Program-made: the position numbers and the translations under genes
Source: Balamuthia mandrillaris
Lineage: Eukaryota
Direction of reading: 5' to 3'
Length of the DNA stretch: 56,324 nucleotides
NCBI GenBank assembly: GCA_031835245.2
Contig: JAVKOQ020000006.1
Coordinates: 434,001-490,324 of the forward strand
Part shown: in pieces, positions 24,148 through 42,000 of the stretch
How positions within the stretch are numbered: position 1 is the stretch's first letter
Layout of the letters: each line of letters starts with the position of its first letter
Notes under the pieces: model-generated
Databases searched by the model: none
What the model was told of the DNA's origin: nothing
Seen by the model: the letters and a program-made list of their open reading frames with translations, nothing else

Positions 24148-26331
24148 CAGAGAGACAGAGAACGTACAATGAGTTCGTTGTAAAACTGTCTAAGGGCGGG
24201 TTGATTCTCTGTGATAAAGTCGTTGAGGTTCTTCATGTGCTGCTCCTTCTTGCCAGGCAAAGTGTTGTTGGCTAGGTTTTGCAGTACTTTGGTGATGAGC
24301 AACAGCTGTCGTTGAGCTTTGGGATGAGTCGATTCTGTTTTTGTTTTTAAATAAAACAAAAGTAAGAAACTATAAGAGAGAGAGAGAAGAGCAGGAGAAC
24401 AGAAGAAAAACCAACAAACAAAACAGGAACAAAGGGAAATAGCTTACCCGTAAGAAGACCATATTTCTGGGGAGCGCTCAACGAAGGGCAAAGGTACCGC
24501 AAGAACAGGAACGCTCCGACCGCCTTGAAAGCGGCGTCCTCTCCAAATTTGTTCTGCACCTCATCGAAAACGTGTCTAAGAATCTCACGGATCTCAGCGG
24601 GAAGCTCGTGGGAGTTCTTGGTGAGCCCTTTGAAAAGCTTTGTGGTGGTCAGTCGGAGTTGGAGCTGGTTGGCGGCTCGCTCTCCTTCGTTCTCCTCTTT
24701 GGTAGGATCGACCTCCATTTCCATTGTGCCGAGAATGGAGGTCTGACGTTCGAGAGAGTCACCGGTGCGCTTGTCGCTGCTCTTCGCTGTTTGTGTTGTT
24801 GAAATACGTTACGAAAGAACAAGAACAACAAGAACAAGAACAAGAACAACAAGAACAAGAACAAGAACAAGAACAAGAACAAGAACAAGAACAAGAACAA
24901 GAACAAGAACAAGAACAAGAACAAGAACAAGAACAAGAACAAGAACAAGAACAAGAAAAGAAAAGAAAAGAAAGAGTGTACCGATGGTATTCAACTCAGT
25001 AACAGGTTGAGCAAAAACGACCCAGACAAAGTGCGTGCAAATGACTCTGCAAAAAGTGCTGAACAATTTGTTGCTCATGCTGTTGGAGCGGAACAACGTC
25101 TCCTCCTGCTTGGCCAGCTTCAACTCTCTCGTGATGCTTTCGTTGAGAAGCTGAGGACCCATTTGTCTGGCAGCATAAATGTAGATCAACGCTTTAGCGA
25201 GACCGGTTTCTTTGAAGTTTGCTGCTTCGTAACATGCGCGAGTTAGCAAAAAGTCTGACTCAATGAGCATCTGTTGTTTTTGTTGATGTGGTGGTGGTGA
25301 GCCTTTTTAAAAAGAAACAGAGAGAGAAAGGAAGAAACCTCTTCAAGCTTTTCTAGATCTCTCTTTTGGCTGCTTGATAAGGAGGAGTTGCTGTCCTGCA
25401 TTCTTCCATAGGCAACTTCATCGTAATCCGGTTTCGCAGCTCGAATTGGTTTCGGTCTTGAAAAAGAATAAGTGGTTTAGAAGAGGCGAGAGAGAGAGAG
25501 AGAGAGAGAGAGAGGCGTAGACGTACTTCCGTATCTTCCAGATGATGATAATTATAATAGCAGCTATCACCACAATAAGAAGCAAGAAGCCCAAAATGGG
25601 ACCAACAACGTATCCAACAATACTGTCCTCATCACTGCTCGCTCTGGGGCGTGTTGTGTCGTAGACGGTAACCTTGTAGCTATCGGTCTGAACTTTGCCT
25701 TGATTGTTGTGGATCACACTGGCGAAGTTCAATCGGTTAAACCCAAAGAAGGAAGAAGAAGAAGAACAGAAGAAGAAGAAGAAGAACAAGAACAAGAAGA
25801 ACAAGAACAAGCAGAAGAAGAAGAAGAAGAAGAAGAAGAAGAAGAAGAAGAAGAAGAACAAGAACAAGAACAAGAAGAACAAGAACAAGACGAACAGCGC
25901 GGAAGAATAAAGATAAGGTACCCAAAGATGATAAGCTCAAGAGGGTAGTCAAGCTCTTCTCCTTCGCTGGACGCCGCTTGTCTTTTGAGCTGCTTAAACC
26001 TTCGTTTCAATGTGGTCCTCTTTAATCCCCCTTCGCTCGACGATGACGATGAAGAGGCTGAAGAAGAGGAGTTGGACGAAGATGACGAGGAATCATCAGG
26101 AACAACCTCCTCTTCATACGGCCAAAATCTCAGAGTGGAGCCTCGTTCTCCTTCTATTTGTGCAGCAGTTCCGTTTTTGTAAACGGTAAACCAGCTGTAC
26201 TTTGGGGATGGGAAGCCAATAGCTTTTATGGAGTACTCTAGCGGACGACTGTCCGTATAGAGAGATACATCCTCGCCCGGAACGTCGATTCCAGTGATTT
26301 GCGGAGGATCTCCCACCAACTCCACCTATAA

Positions 26332-26369
<38 letters not shown>

Positions 26370-27281
26370 GAAGAAGAGAATAAGAAAAAAATACAAGAAA
26401 GCTAATGTGAAGAGGAAGTAAACGAACCGATAAATCAGCGCTGGAGCAAAGCTCTCCGTCAGAGACTTGCAATGTGTACATTAAGTTCTGATTTCCAGAA
26501 ATGCTTGCAATGTCCAATATCATGTCAGGGCTGGTAAGGTTTCTGGGCGCAGCCACAGAACATCCTCTCCGCGTCCTATCGATCCACGTGTAACTTAGAG
26601 GATGTTCGTCCTCCACTTGTACACTGAAGTTGAATCCTGTCAGCACGGTAGCTGTTTGAGTTGCCCAAGGCGGCGAACTCAGTTGAGTCTCGTTGCCTAA
26701 GGCAGAAACGGAGGCTGACTCGATGCGCGGTGCGCTGTTAGGTCCTCTGTAGCTCAGCGTGTTGTCCGCTATTTCCTCAAAGTTCCGGGTGGCCAACGCT
26801 TCAATCTCGGAGGGAGTCAGCCCGTAGTCGTAGAGTCGAATCTCGTCTACCATGCCACGATAAGAGCTGAATGAGCCACAAATAGCACTGGTTCGTATTT
26901 CACCGGGTGCACAACCCATCAGGACTTGAGGTACCCTGATATCCTTGGCAGCGAAAGCGACGGGATTTCCCTTGAGCGCTCCATCCAGGTGCAAGTAGAA
27001 CAACCCGTCGCGGTAAAGAAAAGCAAAGTGGGTCCATTGGTCTTTTGCAAGCAATTCGTTGTCTTTGAGTAGCTCTATGTTGGTAGTATCAAATAGGAGA
27101 CGAATCTCGAGCGCTTGCGTTAAGGCAACATTAATAAATATCTTCCACTGTTGGCCAGGTGAATCCTCATCGAACCGGTTCTCCCAGGCAAGCCTTTTCA
27201 TAGTTTTTTGTTTTTGTGGCCATCAGTGAGTCCAGAGAATATAATGGCTGAGCGAGAAGAAGAGCGAGAGAGAGAGAGAGA

Positions 27282-27330
<49 letters not shown>

Positions 27331-28001
27331 AAGGAACAACATGAGAAAGGAATGTACAAGAGACTGTTTTTCTCGTCGTCAAACAAATCAAAAGTGATGT
27401 CAGGGACGTAGACCCACATGCTAAGTGTCCATTCCTGGAGCGACAGGTATGAAGTTTGGTTTGCTGCCAAGTCTGCCAAATCAAATAACATCAGTATTTT
27501 TCCATTCAAAATCTTCTTTTGTTTCTCCTGCCTCTCTTCTCGCTCTCTCGCTCTTCTCTGTTTCTCTCTCTCTCTCTCTCTCTCAGCAAATAACACCACA
27601 ACTTTACCGATGCCAACGTAGTTGGTGTCCGTGAGTTCGAGGGCGGTCCCGGCACCTTCCAAGCTCTCCGCAAACAGCGGCTCCGCCGCGCTGGCGTTCT
27701 GCGCCTCCTCCAGCAGGACCACCTCGGCGCTTCCGGCGGGTCGCGGGCACTGGCTGGCGCTCAGGAAGCCCACCACCCTCTCGTCGCCGCCCCCCACCGC
27801 CGCCGCCGCGTATCGATGCGTCTCCGGCTCGAAGTTGAGGTAATGGACCAGGGCGCCCTCCGCCGAAGGCAAGCGGAGGAAGTCGCAGAGGAGGGAGCCG
27901 CCTTGTCCTCCCTCCTCACGGCTTCCCAAGAACAACAACGCCAACACCAGCAGCAGGAACGTACGTCCCATAAGGCCAGCCCCTTCCGTGCGAGCCACCA
28001 T
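23568..28001 (-). CDS. Single-pass membrane RasGAP: signal peptide, LamG/ConA-like, PKD/Ig-like, Ig, TM, RasGAP; multi-exon
   Basis: Signal LLLVLALLFLG. LamG WTHFAF...YRGMVDEIRLYDYGLT. Ig-like AIGFPSPKYSW. TM VVGPILGFLLLIVVIAAIIIIIIWK. RasGAP TLFRSNS, FLFLRYLCPSLSAP and TKVLQNLAN. Stop TAA at 23568-23570. Confidence 0.8.
23820..24160. repeat. Intronic (AG)n/(AGAGAC)n microsatellite
   Basis: Read directly. Confidence 0.95.
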
Positions 28002-28112
28002 TTATTTGTTTTTTTTTTTTGGAATTCTATTACACAAAAAAAAAATTATTATTATAATTCTAAATTTTTTTGTTCACTTTATTAATTCATTTATTTTTCG
28101 TTAATGAATAGA

Positions 28113-28242
28113 ATTTTTGTCGACGAAACGATCTATGTTCGATCAGTACTTTTGATTTTTTATTGGTGTATTGAAACGGGTATTTTTTGTCGATGAAACG
28201 ATCTACGGTCGATCGGCACTTTTGATTTTTTATTGGTGTATT
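28113..28242. repeat. 70-bp-period tandem duplication in a divergent promoter
   Basis: tttttgtcga(c/t)gaaacgatcta...cgatc.g.acttttgattttttattggtgtatt occurs twice. Confidence 0.9.
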
Positions 28243-28479
28243 TAATTTTAGTGTCTAGATTAGGGAGGACCCTCGAGGAGAGTTGGAACCCTCGACCGCT
28301 GGAGCAATTATTGTTTTATCCGTAATGCGATTAATATAGCGCCAATATGTAATGGTTGCTGCAAAAAAACAAAAAAACCGAAAGGCGAAATAAAAAAGCA
28401 AAAAACTTTTATATTTTTACGGTGGTGCAACTGTGTGTTATAACCATTGCAGAAACACCAGAAGAAGGCCTTGCGTATC

Positions 28480-30114
28480 ATGGCTGCTCTCCTCCTGCCA
28501 AGAGCTGCGCTCTCTCTCATGGTTCTTGTCCTGGCCCTCCTCCCCCTCTCTGCGCAGGGCCAATGGCAACTGCCCCCGTGCACCGAGGCGGACTGTCCCT
28601 CCGTGTTGGTGGCCCAGCTGTTGCCCTTTGATGCCATGCCTGATCCGCCCGAGACAGGCGGAGGCTACTTCCCCGAGCCCACTCTCCTTAACCGCAACGC
28701 CCAGGACGCAGAGGCTCGCCTCTCCATCGCCGACAACACCTGGCTGGCCGATGACCTGAGAGTCCCCCCGCTGCACAGCTGGAACATCACGGACATCCTG
28801 GTCCCCGCTCGTCCCGACAACAAAAAGTACGCCTTTAAAGGCACCAACGTGGTCTTTGCCTTCTTCCACGACACCACCGAGGTGCAGTACGGCGAGATGC
28901 AGCACATCCCCGAGCCCGTCCCCTTCTTGGCCTTCCCCTGCAACATGGTCATGGCGGGGGCGACCAACGCCGAGAGCGTTTTGGCGCCTACCAACCTCAA
29001 CGTCTCCATCCCTGACCGACGCCACGAGTGGTGGGTGTGGCGCTGCCACCTGGAGGAGCCCCTGATCCTGGAGAACCCTGACCCAGAGAACGTGAGGACA
29101 GTGTGGATGGCCTACACCCACCCCGAAACCCCCGCTGGGGTCAGCGAACATGCTTTCCTGGTGAGAGCCACCTGGCAATCCTCGCCCCCGGAAGATAACG
29201 ACCCCTTGGACCCGCCGGTGGCCGGCCTCCCCGCGGCCTACTCGCGGGCCCTCTGGACTTGGGGCATCCTCTCCGACCTCTTCGAGGCTATCGGCTATGA
29301 TGGCGCGCGGGAGGAATATGGAGAGATGTTTTGGAGCATGCAGTTTGGCAAATCGATCTATGGGCCCGTTAATGGCGCCACCTGCTATGCCCAAGATGTT
29401 GAAACGGTTTTCATGTGAGTACCCTCTTTCTTTCTTTCTTGTCGTTTCTTTCTTTCTTTCTTGTCGTTTCTTGTCGTTTCTTGTCGTTTCTTTCTTGTCG
29501 TTTCTTTCTTTCTTTCTTTCTTGCTTGCTTTCTTTCTTTCTTCTTGTTCTCCATTCTCTCTTACTATTGCCTGTTGGTTTTTAAGGATTTTGGGCCACGA
29601 GGAGGAACTTCTCCCCCCCTCCGACGGTGAGCAAAGCTCCTCCTCCGATGTTCCTCTAATCCCCGTCACCTACATCAACTTCTGCTTCAACGGCGCCTCC
29701 TCCACCTTCTCCGACTCGGAGTCCAACCTCTCCCTCTTCCAAGACGAAGTCAGCAGCTGCCTGAGTCTCTCCGAGGGAGACGTCCACCGCTCGTACGTCT
29801 ACGATGTGCCCGATGAGGAGGATGTGGTCTGCGAGGGAGCCGACTTTGTCGTGCAGATCGCCGTGTTGCAGGAAGCTGACTTGCCGAGCGACATCCCCGC
29901 CGCGCTGGAGGTGGAGACGTGCAATTATGCCACCGTGGTGGAGGGAGTGGAGGTGGTTCGCATCGAGACCACTGAGGGAACCGTCCCTGGCAGCGGCTCC
30001 GGAAGCGATGGCAGTGGAGATGGAAGCAACGATGGAGATGGCGATGGCGGCCAAAAGAACAGTGCTGGCGGAATGTCGTCGATTCTTGTGGATGTGCTTC
30101 TCTCTGCCTTGTGA
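28480..30114 (+). CDS. Uncharacterised secreted/surface protein, 2 exons, possibly GPI-anchored
   Basis: Signal peptide to LSAQG. The AT|gtgagt...ttaag|G junction is in frame. Gly/Ser/Asp linker and short hydrophobic C-terminus. Confidence 0.7.
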
Positions 30115-30295
30115 GAACTCATTCCTGTGTGCAATGTTATTAGTTGTTTGATGTTTTGTGTGTGTGGCTTTATGTTGTACTATTTAGTTTGTTTCGAGTT
30201 CGATTAAAATCCACCAAAACGTGAATCCCTGCCTTCGTCATGCATGAAAAAGAGGGAAGAAAGAAAACTGATGATAATTTGTTGCCGCTGATCAG

Positions 30296-35726
<5,431 letters not shown>

Positions 35727-36186
35727 GGTCTTTTGCTACGCTTTGCTAACAAGCGGATCCGGTTCGTCCTCTGGAACTCTTGTGTTGTCTCTCTCTCTCT
35801 CTTGTTCGTGTCGCTACTCTTTTTTGTTGGGTTGTTTGTTTGCTACGTTTTTTCAACAACAAAAAAAATAAAAAAATAAAAAAGTGAAGGTCTTCTTCTC
35901 CAACAACAAACCACAAAAAAAAAAAAGGTGAAGGTCTTTGCCATGTTGAATGTGCCAAAACTCTCCCGCCATTTTTTTTTTCCTCTTTGGGTTTGCCAAA
36001 GCAAGCACGCTGGGAAGAGAGAAGAGAGCAGAGAGAACGAGAAAAGAGAGCAGAACAGGAGAAGGTAAGGGAGAGGAGAAAGAGAGCAAAAAAAAAATAG
36101 AGCGGTGAGACAAGCAAAGAGGTAACGTCGACGAGAGAGAAAGAGAACAAGACAAGAAGACAAAGAAAGACCTGGAGAAAGCACCG

Positions 36187-36217
<31 letters not shown>

Positions 36218-36463
36218 ACCACTGCAGGCCAACAAACAAACTGCACGACCATGTGCGGGCGTACGAAAACTTTGGCGTGTTATGCGGCACTTCTGCCCTG
36301 AACAAAGTTTGTTTGCGCTTCGTTCTATTATTTCTGCGGTCGACACAACCAACCAAGGAGGTCTCAAAAAAAAAAGAAGAGGAAGATTGAAAGTGAAGCA
36401 CTTTATGTTTCTTTCAAAAGATTTGTTACAAAAATAAGAACAGAGTGAACTAAATTTTTTTCT

Positions 36464-37136
36464 TTAGATGGTGCGACGCTCGGCGATGGCGCGGACGATG
36501 CAGCCAAGGCCGCCCTTCTTGGTGGCACCAGCGTGCCACTTGAGCAGAGAGTTGGAGTTATCGCCGCTCTCCAGACCCTTGTAGACGTACTTCATCAAGA
36601 CGTCGAGCTCGTCGTCGTTGAGGCCGTTTACGTGTCTGTCAATGTCGCCTTCCTTGATTTGAGTCAAGACGCTGATGACGAGGTCCAAAGTTTGATCCTG
36701 TTTTTTAAAAAAACACGCAGTTAGCAAAGAATGAGTTTGTTGAAAAAAAGCAGCTGAAAAAACATACTCTGATGCTTTGTTCCTTGCAACCAAGAGGAGG
36801 GTTAGCCAAAACAGCCTTGAGGGCATCACCAGCGCTTCCCCTTTTGTTCAAAAAACCAAATAAAAAAAGTAACAAATGTGAGCCGACATTCGATGCGGTG
36901 AAACTTTCAACAAAGAAAAGATCTTCGAACGAGAAAAACGCAAGAAAAGAGCTACAGAAAGAGTACAGGAGAAAAGACAAAAGAGAGTGCACAACCAGAA
37001 AAAAAAAGAAAATAAAAGCGAAATGATTGGATTGGAGAGAGAGAGGGGGGAAAAAAAAAAGTACGCACATGTTAAGTTTGTTGTTCACTTCCCTCTGCTT
37101 CTCCTGGAACTCAGCGGCGTAGTTGGGTTCGGCCAT
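36464..37136 (-). CDS. ARPC5: Arp2/3 complex subunit 5 (p16-Arc), 3 exons
   Basis: ALKAVLANPPLG, LDVLMKYVYKGL and LLKWH...GGLGCIVRAIAERRTI*. Confidence 0.95.
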
Positions 37137-37508
37137 TGTTTGCAAGTATTATCGATTTTTGTTAAACAAAAAAAAAGAGAGAGATGAAGCTGATTTTTGG
37201 TTTGGTTTCAAACTTTCGACCACTGAAGAAAACAAAGGTGAGTGTCCCTTTTTTTTTTTTCTTTTGTGTTCCAAATAAAATGAAGTCACGACGCGAAAAA
37301 CACTTTTTTTAATATTTGCATGTCGACGAAAATTAAAATTGAGCTAAGATGAGAGTTGATTTGTGATTGGTTCGGAGTTTTCTGTTTGCTCTTGTTTTGG
37401 AAAGTTTCATTAATGTGAGATCGAAAGAGATCATTGGGGCGCGCGTTCGAAGACCGATGAAAGCAGTTTTTGTTTTACAACAAAAAAAAAAAAAACAAAA
37501 AAGACGTG

Positions 37509-38173
37509 ATGAGCAGCAGCGCAACGCCCACAACCGAAGCGGCGCTGCTGAAAGAGTATTTGTTGAGCTCTTCGCTTCACCATAGCGTTTCGTTGGAGCA
37601 GTTCAAGTCCTTCTTTCCCTCAAAGTACCATGCCTCGCCTGGTTTGCGTCGCCTTCACCACGCCTTCAAGCAACAGTACGTGTCTCGTTTTTTTTTTTTG
37701 CTTTTGTTTTGAGCGCACACAAAAGGCAGTGCTCATCACTTCCTTCCAAAAACGACTTTTTTTTTAAAACAAAAATCAAATTTAACAGTCATCAAAAGCT
37801 GAGAAGCCAAGTCAAAAGAAATATTGAGCACGAATATGGCGGGGGTGGCACACAGGAAGGAGCAACCCCAGCGGACAACATAACAACACCCCTGTTCATA
37901 GCAACACGCGAGTTTGGCAACCACGAGCGGCAACTCCAGGCCAAGCTGACCGCCCTCCAAGTCGAACACGCCAACACCATGCGGCAGCTGCGAGACCTCG
38001 AGGCGAAGCTTCAACGGGTGGTCGTCGGTGCCACAGATATGACGCCATCCGCAACCACCACCACCACTCGCCATCGCAACACCACCCACCTCCAACCCAA
38101 ACCGTTGCAGCCAAATGGGGCGATGAAAGCGGTGGCACGATTGCACGCCTGCACGTCGGCAGCAGAGGAGTGA
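37509..38173 (+). CDS. Cnl2/Nkp2-like inner-kinetochore protein, 2 exons
   Basis: TEAALLKEYLLSSSLHHSVSLEQFKSFFP...PGLRRLH...QVKRNIEHE followed by coiled coil. The intron at ~37677-37788 splices in frame. Confidence 0.65.
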
Positions 38174-38615
38174 AACATATGAGAGAGAGAGAGAGAGAGG
38201 GAATGCAAAGAATGTCAACTATGTCGACACTGTAAACAAGTTTTTTCTTTTTCCGTAGCTTCTTCTTGGAAAATTTTCAATCATTTTTTCCCCAAATAAA
38301 AAAATTACCAAAAAGAAGAAAACAAGAAAAAAAAAAAGGGTAGCGAGTCAGACGCACAAACAAACAAAGAAAGACCGCTACGTTTTGCACAAGTGAGGGT
38401 GTTTATTTATTCCTATTTTTTATTTTATTTTTTTTGTTGGGGGGGGGATCATCACTACTATCTCTGAGCCACGAAAAAAAAAAGTAGTGTTTGAAAAAGA
38501 GAAAGGAAGGACAGGACTTTTATTGGATTTTTTTTCTTCTCATCCTCAAACGCAACAACCTTGCTCTCTCTCTCTCTCTCTCTCTCTCCTTTTTTTTTTT
38601 TGACAAAGAAGCAAG

Positions 38616-38859
38616 ATGAAGCGCACGAGAGCGGAAGAGGAACCCATGGTGGAGGAACAACAGGAAGTGGACAAAGGCAAGCGAAGGCAAGAGGAGGAGG
38701 AGGAAGAGGAGCGAGAGAAAGAGAACGGAGAGAGCAGCCTCAAGAAAGCACGAGTGGACGGGTCCAGCACCGCTGCTTCTTCTTCTTCTTCGCTCTCCAA
38801 GTCCGACGCGCGCAGACAACGACTGCTCAAGTGTACGTACAACAACAACAGTGCCACTT

Positions 38860-38890
<31 letters not shown>

Positions 38891-39017
38891 TCTCTCCTTG
38901 TTGTTATTTTATTTTTTTTCAAAGAGAGAGTGTGTGCGTGCTTCTCTCTGCATTTTCTTGCTTGTCTCTCAGAACTTTCTCCAAATTCTCTCTGCGTTGT
39001 TTTTTTTTAAATATGTT

Positions 39018-39056
<39 letters not shown>

Positions 39057-42000
39057 GTGTTTTGAACTGAGAGAGAGGCTACACACTTTTTTTTTGCTTC
39101 TCTTTTTTTCTTCGTTCTTTTTTTTTTTTTGTGGTATTTTTATTTTTGCAAAATTGTGTTTTTTTTTTCACTTCACAAAAAACAAAAACGAAAATCAACA
39201 AGAAAACCACATCAAACGAACGAACGAACGAACACACAAAACAAACGGAAAAAAAAAAGGTCAACCACACTAACTTTTCCTCCTTTTTATCATGTCCTCC
39301 TCTGCTGCTCCCACTCGTACAGCGAGGGCCTCCTCCACCTCCAAGATCGATCTGGGCTTGTACTCTCGTCAGGTCTACGTATTGGGCATGGAGACTATGA
39401 CCCAACTGCAACGCACCAACGTGTTGGTCTATGGCTTGAAAGGACTCGGCGTGGAGATTGGTATGAAGTTGATTGGATTATTATTTTTTGTGTAGATTTT
39501 GGACAGCAAAACAACTCACGCTAAAACGCCCAACAGCAAAGAACATCATTTTAGCTGGAGTAAGGTCAGTGACGGTCTTTGACAATCACCCAGTGGAAAT
39601 TGGTGACCTGTCCGCACAGTTCTACCTCACAGAGGAGGACGTGGGCAAGAAACGCAGTGAGGCTTCCGTTCACCGGTTGGCAGAGCTCAACCCTTATGTG
39701 GAGGTGAAGGATTACACAGGCGAGATCACCGAGGAATACCTCTCCCAGTTTCAAGCCGTGGTGGCTTCAAACCTCTCCTCCACTGAAGAGGTGCAACGCC
39801 TCAGCAACGTTTGTCATCAGCACAAGATCGTGTTGGTGTTGGCAGAGACCCGAGGCGTCTTCGGTTATATCTTTACTGACTTTGGCGAGGGCTTCAAAGT
39901 AGTGGATACCAATGGTGAAGAACCTCAGAGACACATCGTAACTTCAATAACACAGGTAATGTTACTTGCTGCAGCGCTCCTTTCTTTTCTTAGTGCTTTC
40001 ATGCTCACAATGTGCCTTTGGTTTCCTTTTTTAATTTTTTTTTTTGTTAAAAAGGAGGAAAAAGCACTCGTGACGGTGCACGATGAAGCTCGACATGGCC
40101 TGGAGGATGGCGACCAAGTTATTTTTGATGAAGTCGAAGGCATGACTGACCTGAACTTTGCCAAGCCGATGACTGTGGAAGTGAAGGGTCCCTACACCTT
40201 TAACATCAATCACGATACCACCAACTACAAACCTTACACTGGCGGTGGTGTGGTGCAGCAAGTGAAAGTACCAAAGATCCTTCATTATGTACGTTCATTC
40301 TAACTCTCACTCTCCTTCCGCTGCCTTTTTTTGAAGCCACAAGATGTTTTCATTATTTGCTACTCTTGACTGTCTGTGTGACGACAAACAAAACCACTTT
40401 ATTTTTTCCTGATGGCTATTTATTTTAATTTTTTCACCCACTTTCTTTTTCATTGATTATCCTAACGTCTTTCAAACAAAAAGGATTCTTGGGAAACCTC
40501 CAGACAAAAGCCCGGCGGTGAGTTTATCATTAGCGACTTTGCTAAAATTGGCCGCCCAGAACAACTCCACATTGCTTTCCAAGCCCTTCTTGCCTTCCAG
40601 TCACAGCACGATGGCCAATTACCAGAGATCGGAAATGAGGTATGCTTCATTCCTTCCCCCCTACTTTTTGTTCTGATCTGACTATGATTGCTTTTCTTCG
40701 GTATCTCATCCTTCTACGTAAAAGGCTCACGCTGCTGAAGTTGTATCTCACGCCAAAGCCATCAACGACGCAGCCAAAGAAAAGAACGCTAATTTGGCCG
40801 AAGGAGAAAAGCCTTTCCACTCTGTGGACGAACTGGACGAAGGAATCATCAAGACTTTGGCGTTGCAATCCCGTGGAGACCTGAACCCCATGGCCGCCTT
40901 CTTCGGAGGCATTGCTGCACAGGAGGTCCTGAAGATCTCTGGCAAATTCCATCCCATCCATCAATGGTTCTATTTCGATGCTGTGGAGTGCTTGCCCGCG
41001 GAACCGTCTTACAGCGAGCATCAACCAGTAAGCTTTTTTAAATTTTTTTTTCAGCTTTTAAATTTTTTAAACTTACTTTGTGGTGGTTGTTTACAGGTCG
41101 GCAGTAGGTATGATGGACAGATTGCGGTCTTTGGAAAGAGCTACCAGGAAAAGCTCTGCTCGCTCAAGTACTTCCTCTGTGGCGCTGGCGCTCTTGGCTG
41201 CGAGTTCCTGAAGAACTTTGCTATGATTGGGCTCGGATGCGGAGATGGCGGTGTCATTCATGTGACTGACATGGACAATATAGAGAAGTCTAACCTCAAC
41301 CGACAGTTCCTCTTCCGTGATACCGACATTGGCGTACGTTTCGAACAAACTACTCCCCCTCCTCCTCCTCCTCCTCTCTCTCTCTCTCTCTCTCTCTCCA
41401 CAAGAAATAGTAAAGCTTACTTTGCCACCTTAGACAATGAAATCAGCGGCAGCTGCCAAAGCAATTGTCAAGATGAACCCACACATGAACATCAGGGCTT
41501 ACGATTTGGCCGTCCAGACAGAAGATATCCTTTTTCAACTTTTTTCACTTTATTTTGTTCTCCTCTCTCTCTCTCTCTCTCTACAAAAAAGATTACAGTG
41601 ATGAGCTCGCTCACTGGAGCGAACCGGAGTGGCGACCAAAAAAAGAAATGCAATCGCAAACGGGAAAACCTGTGCTGCATTTGCTTTTCTTTTTTTGGTG
41701 TCTTGCTTTTTTTATTAACAGGAAAAAAGTAAGACGTTAGTCACAATGACGGCACGCAGGGGTTCTGATATCTTTGTTTACTTTCTTCTTTTCTCCCTCC
41801 CTGTTTTTTTTTTCTTCCTTGACCGAAGAACTTCACATACCTTCCACGAGAAGTTTTGGCGCAGCCTTGATGCCGTGGTTAATGCCTTGGACAACCTCAA
41901 AGCTCGCAAATACACCGACTACATGTGCGTGCTGCACGGCAAGCCTCTCTTGGAGTCGGGCACGTTGGGCACCAAGGCCAACACGCAGGTCGTCCTGCCG

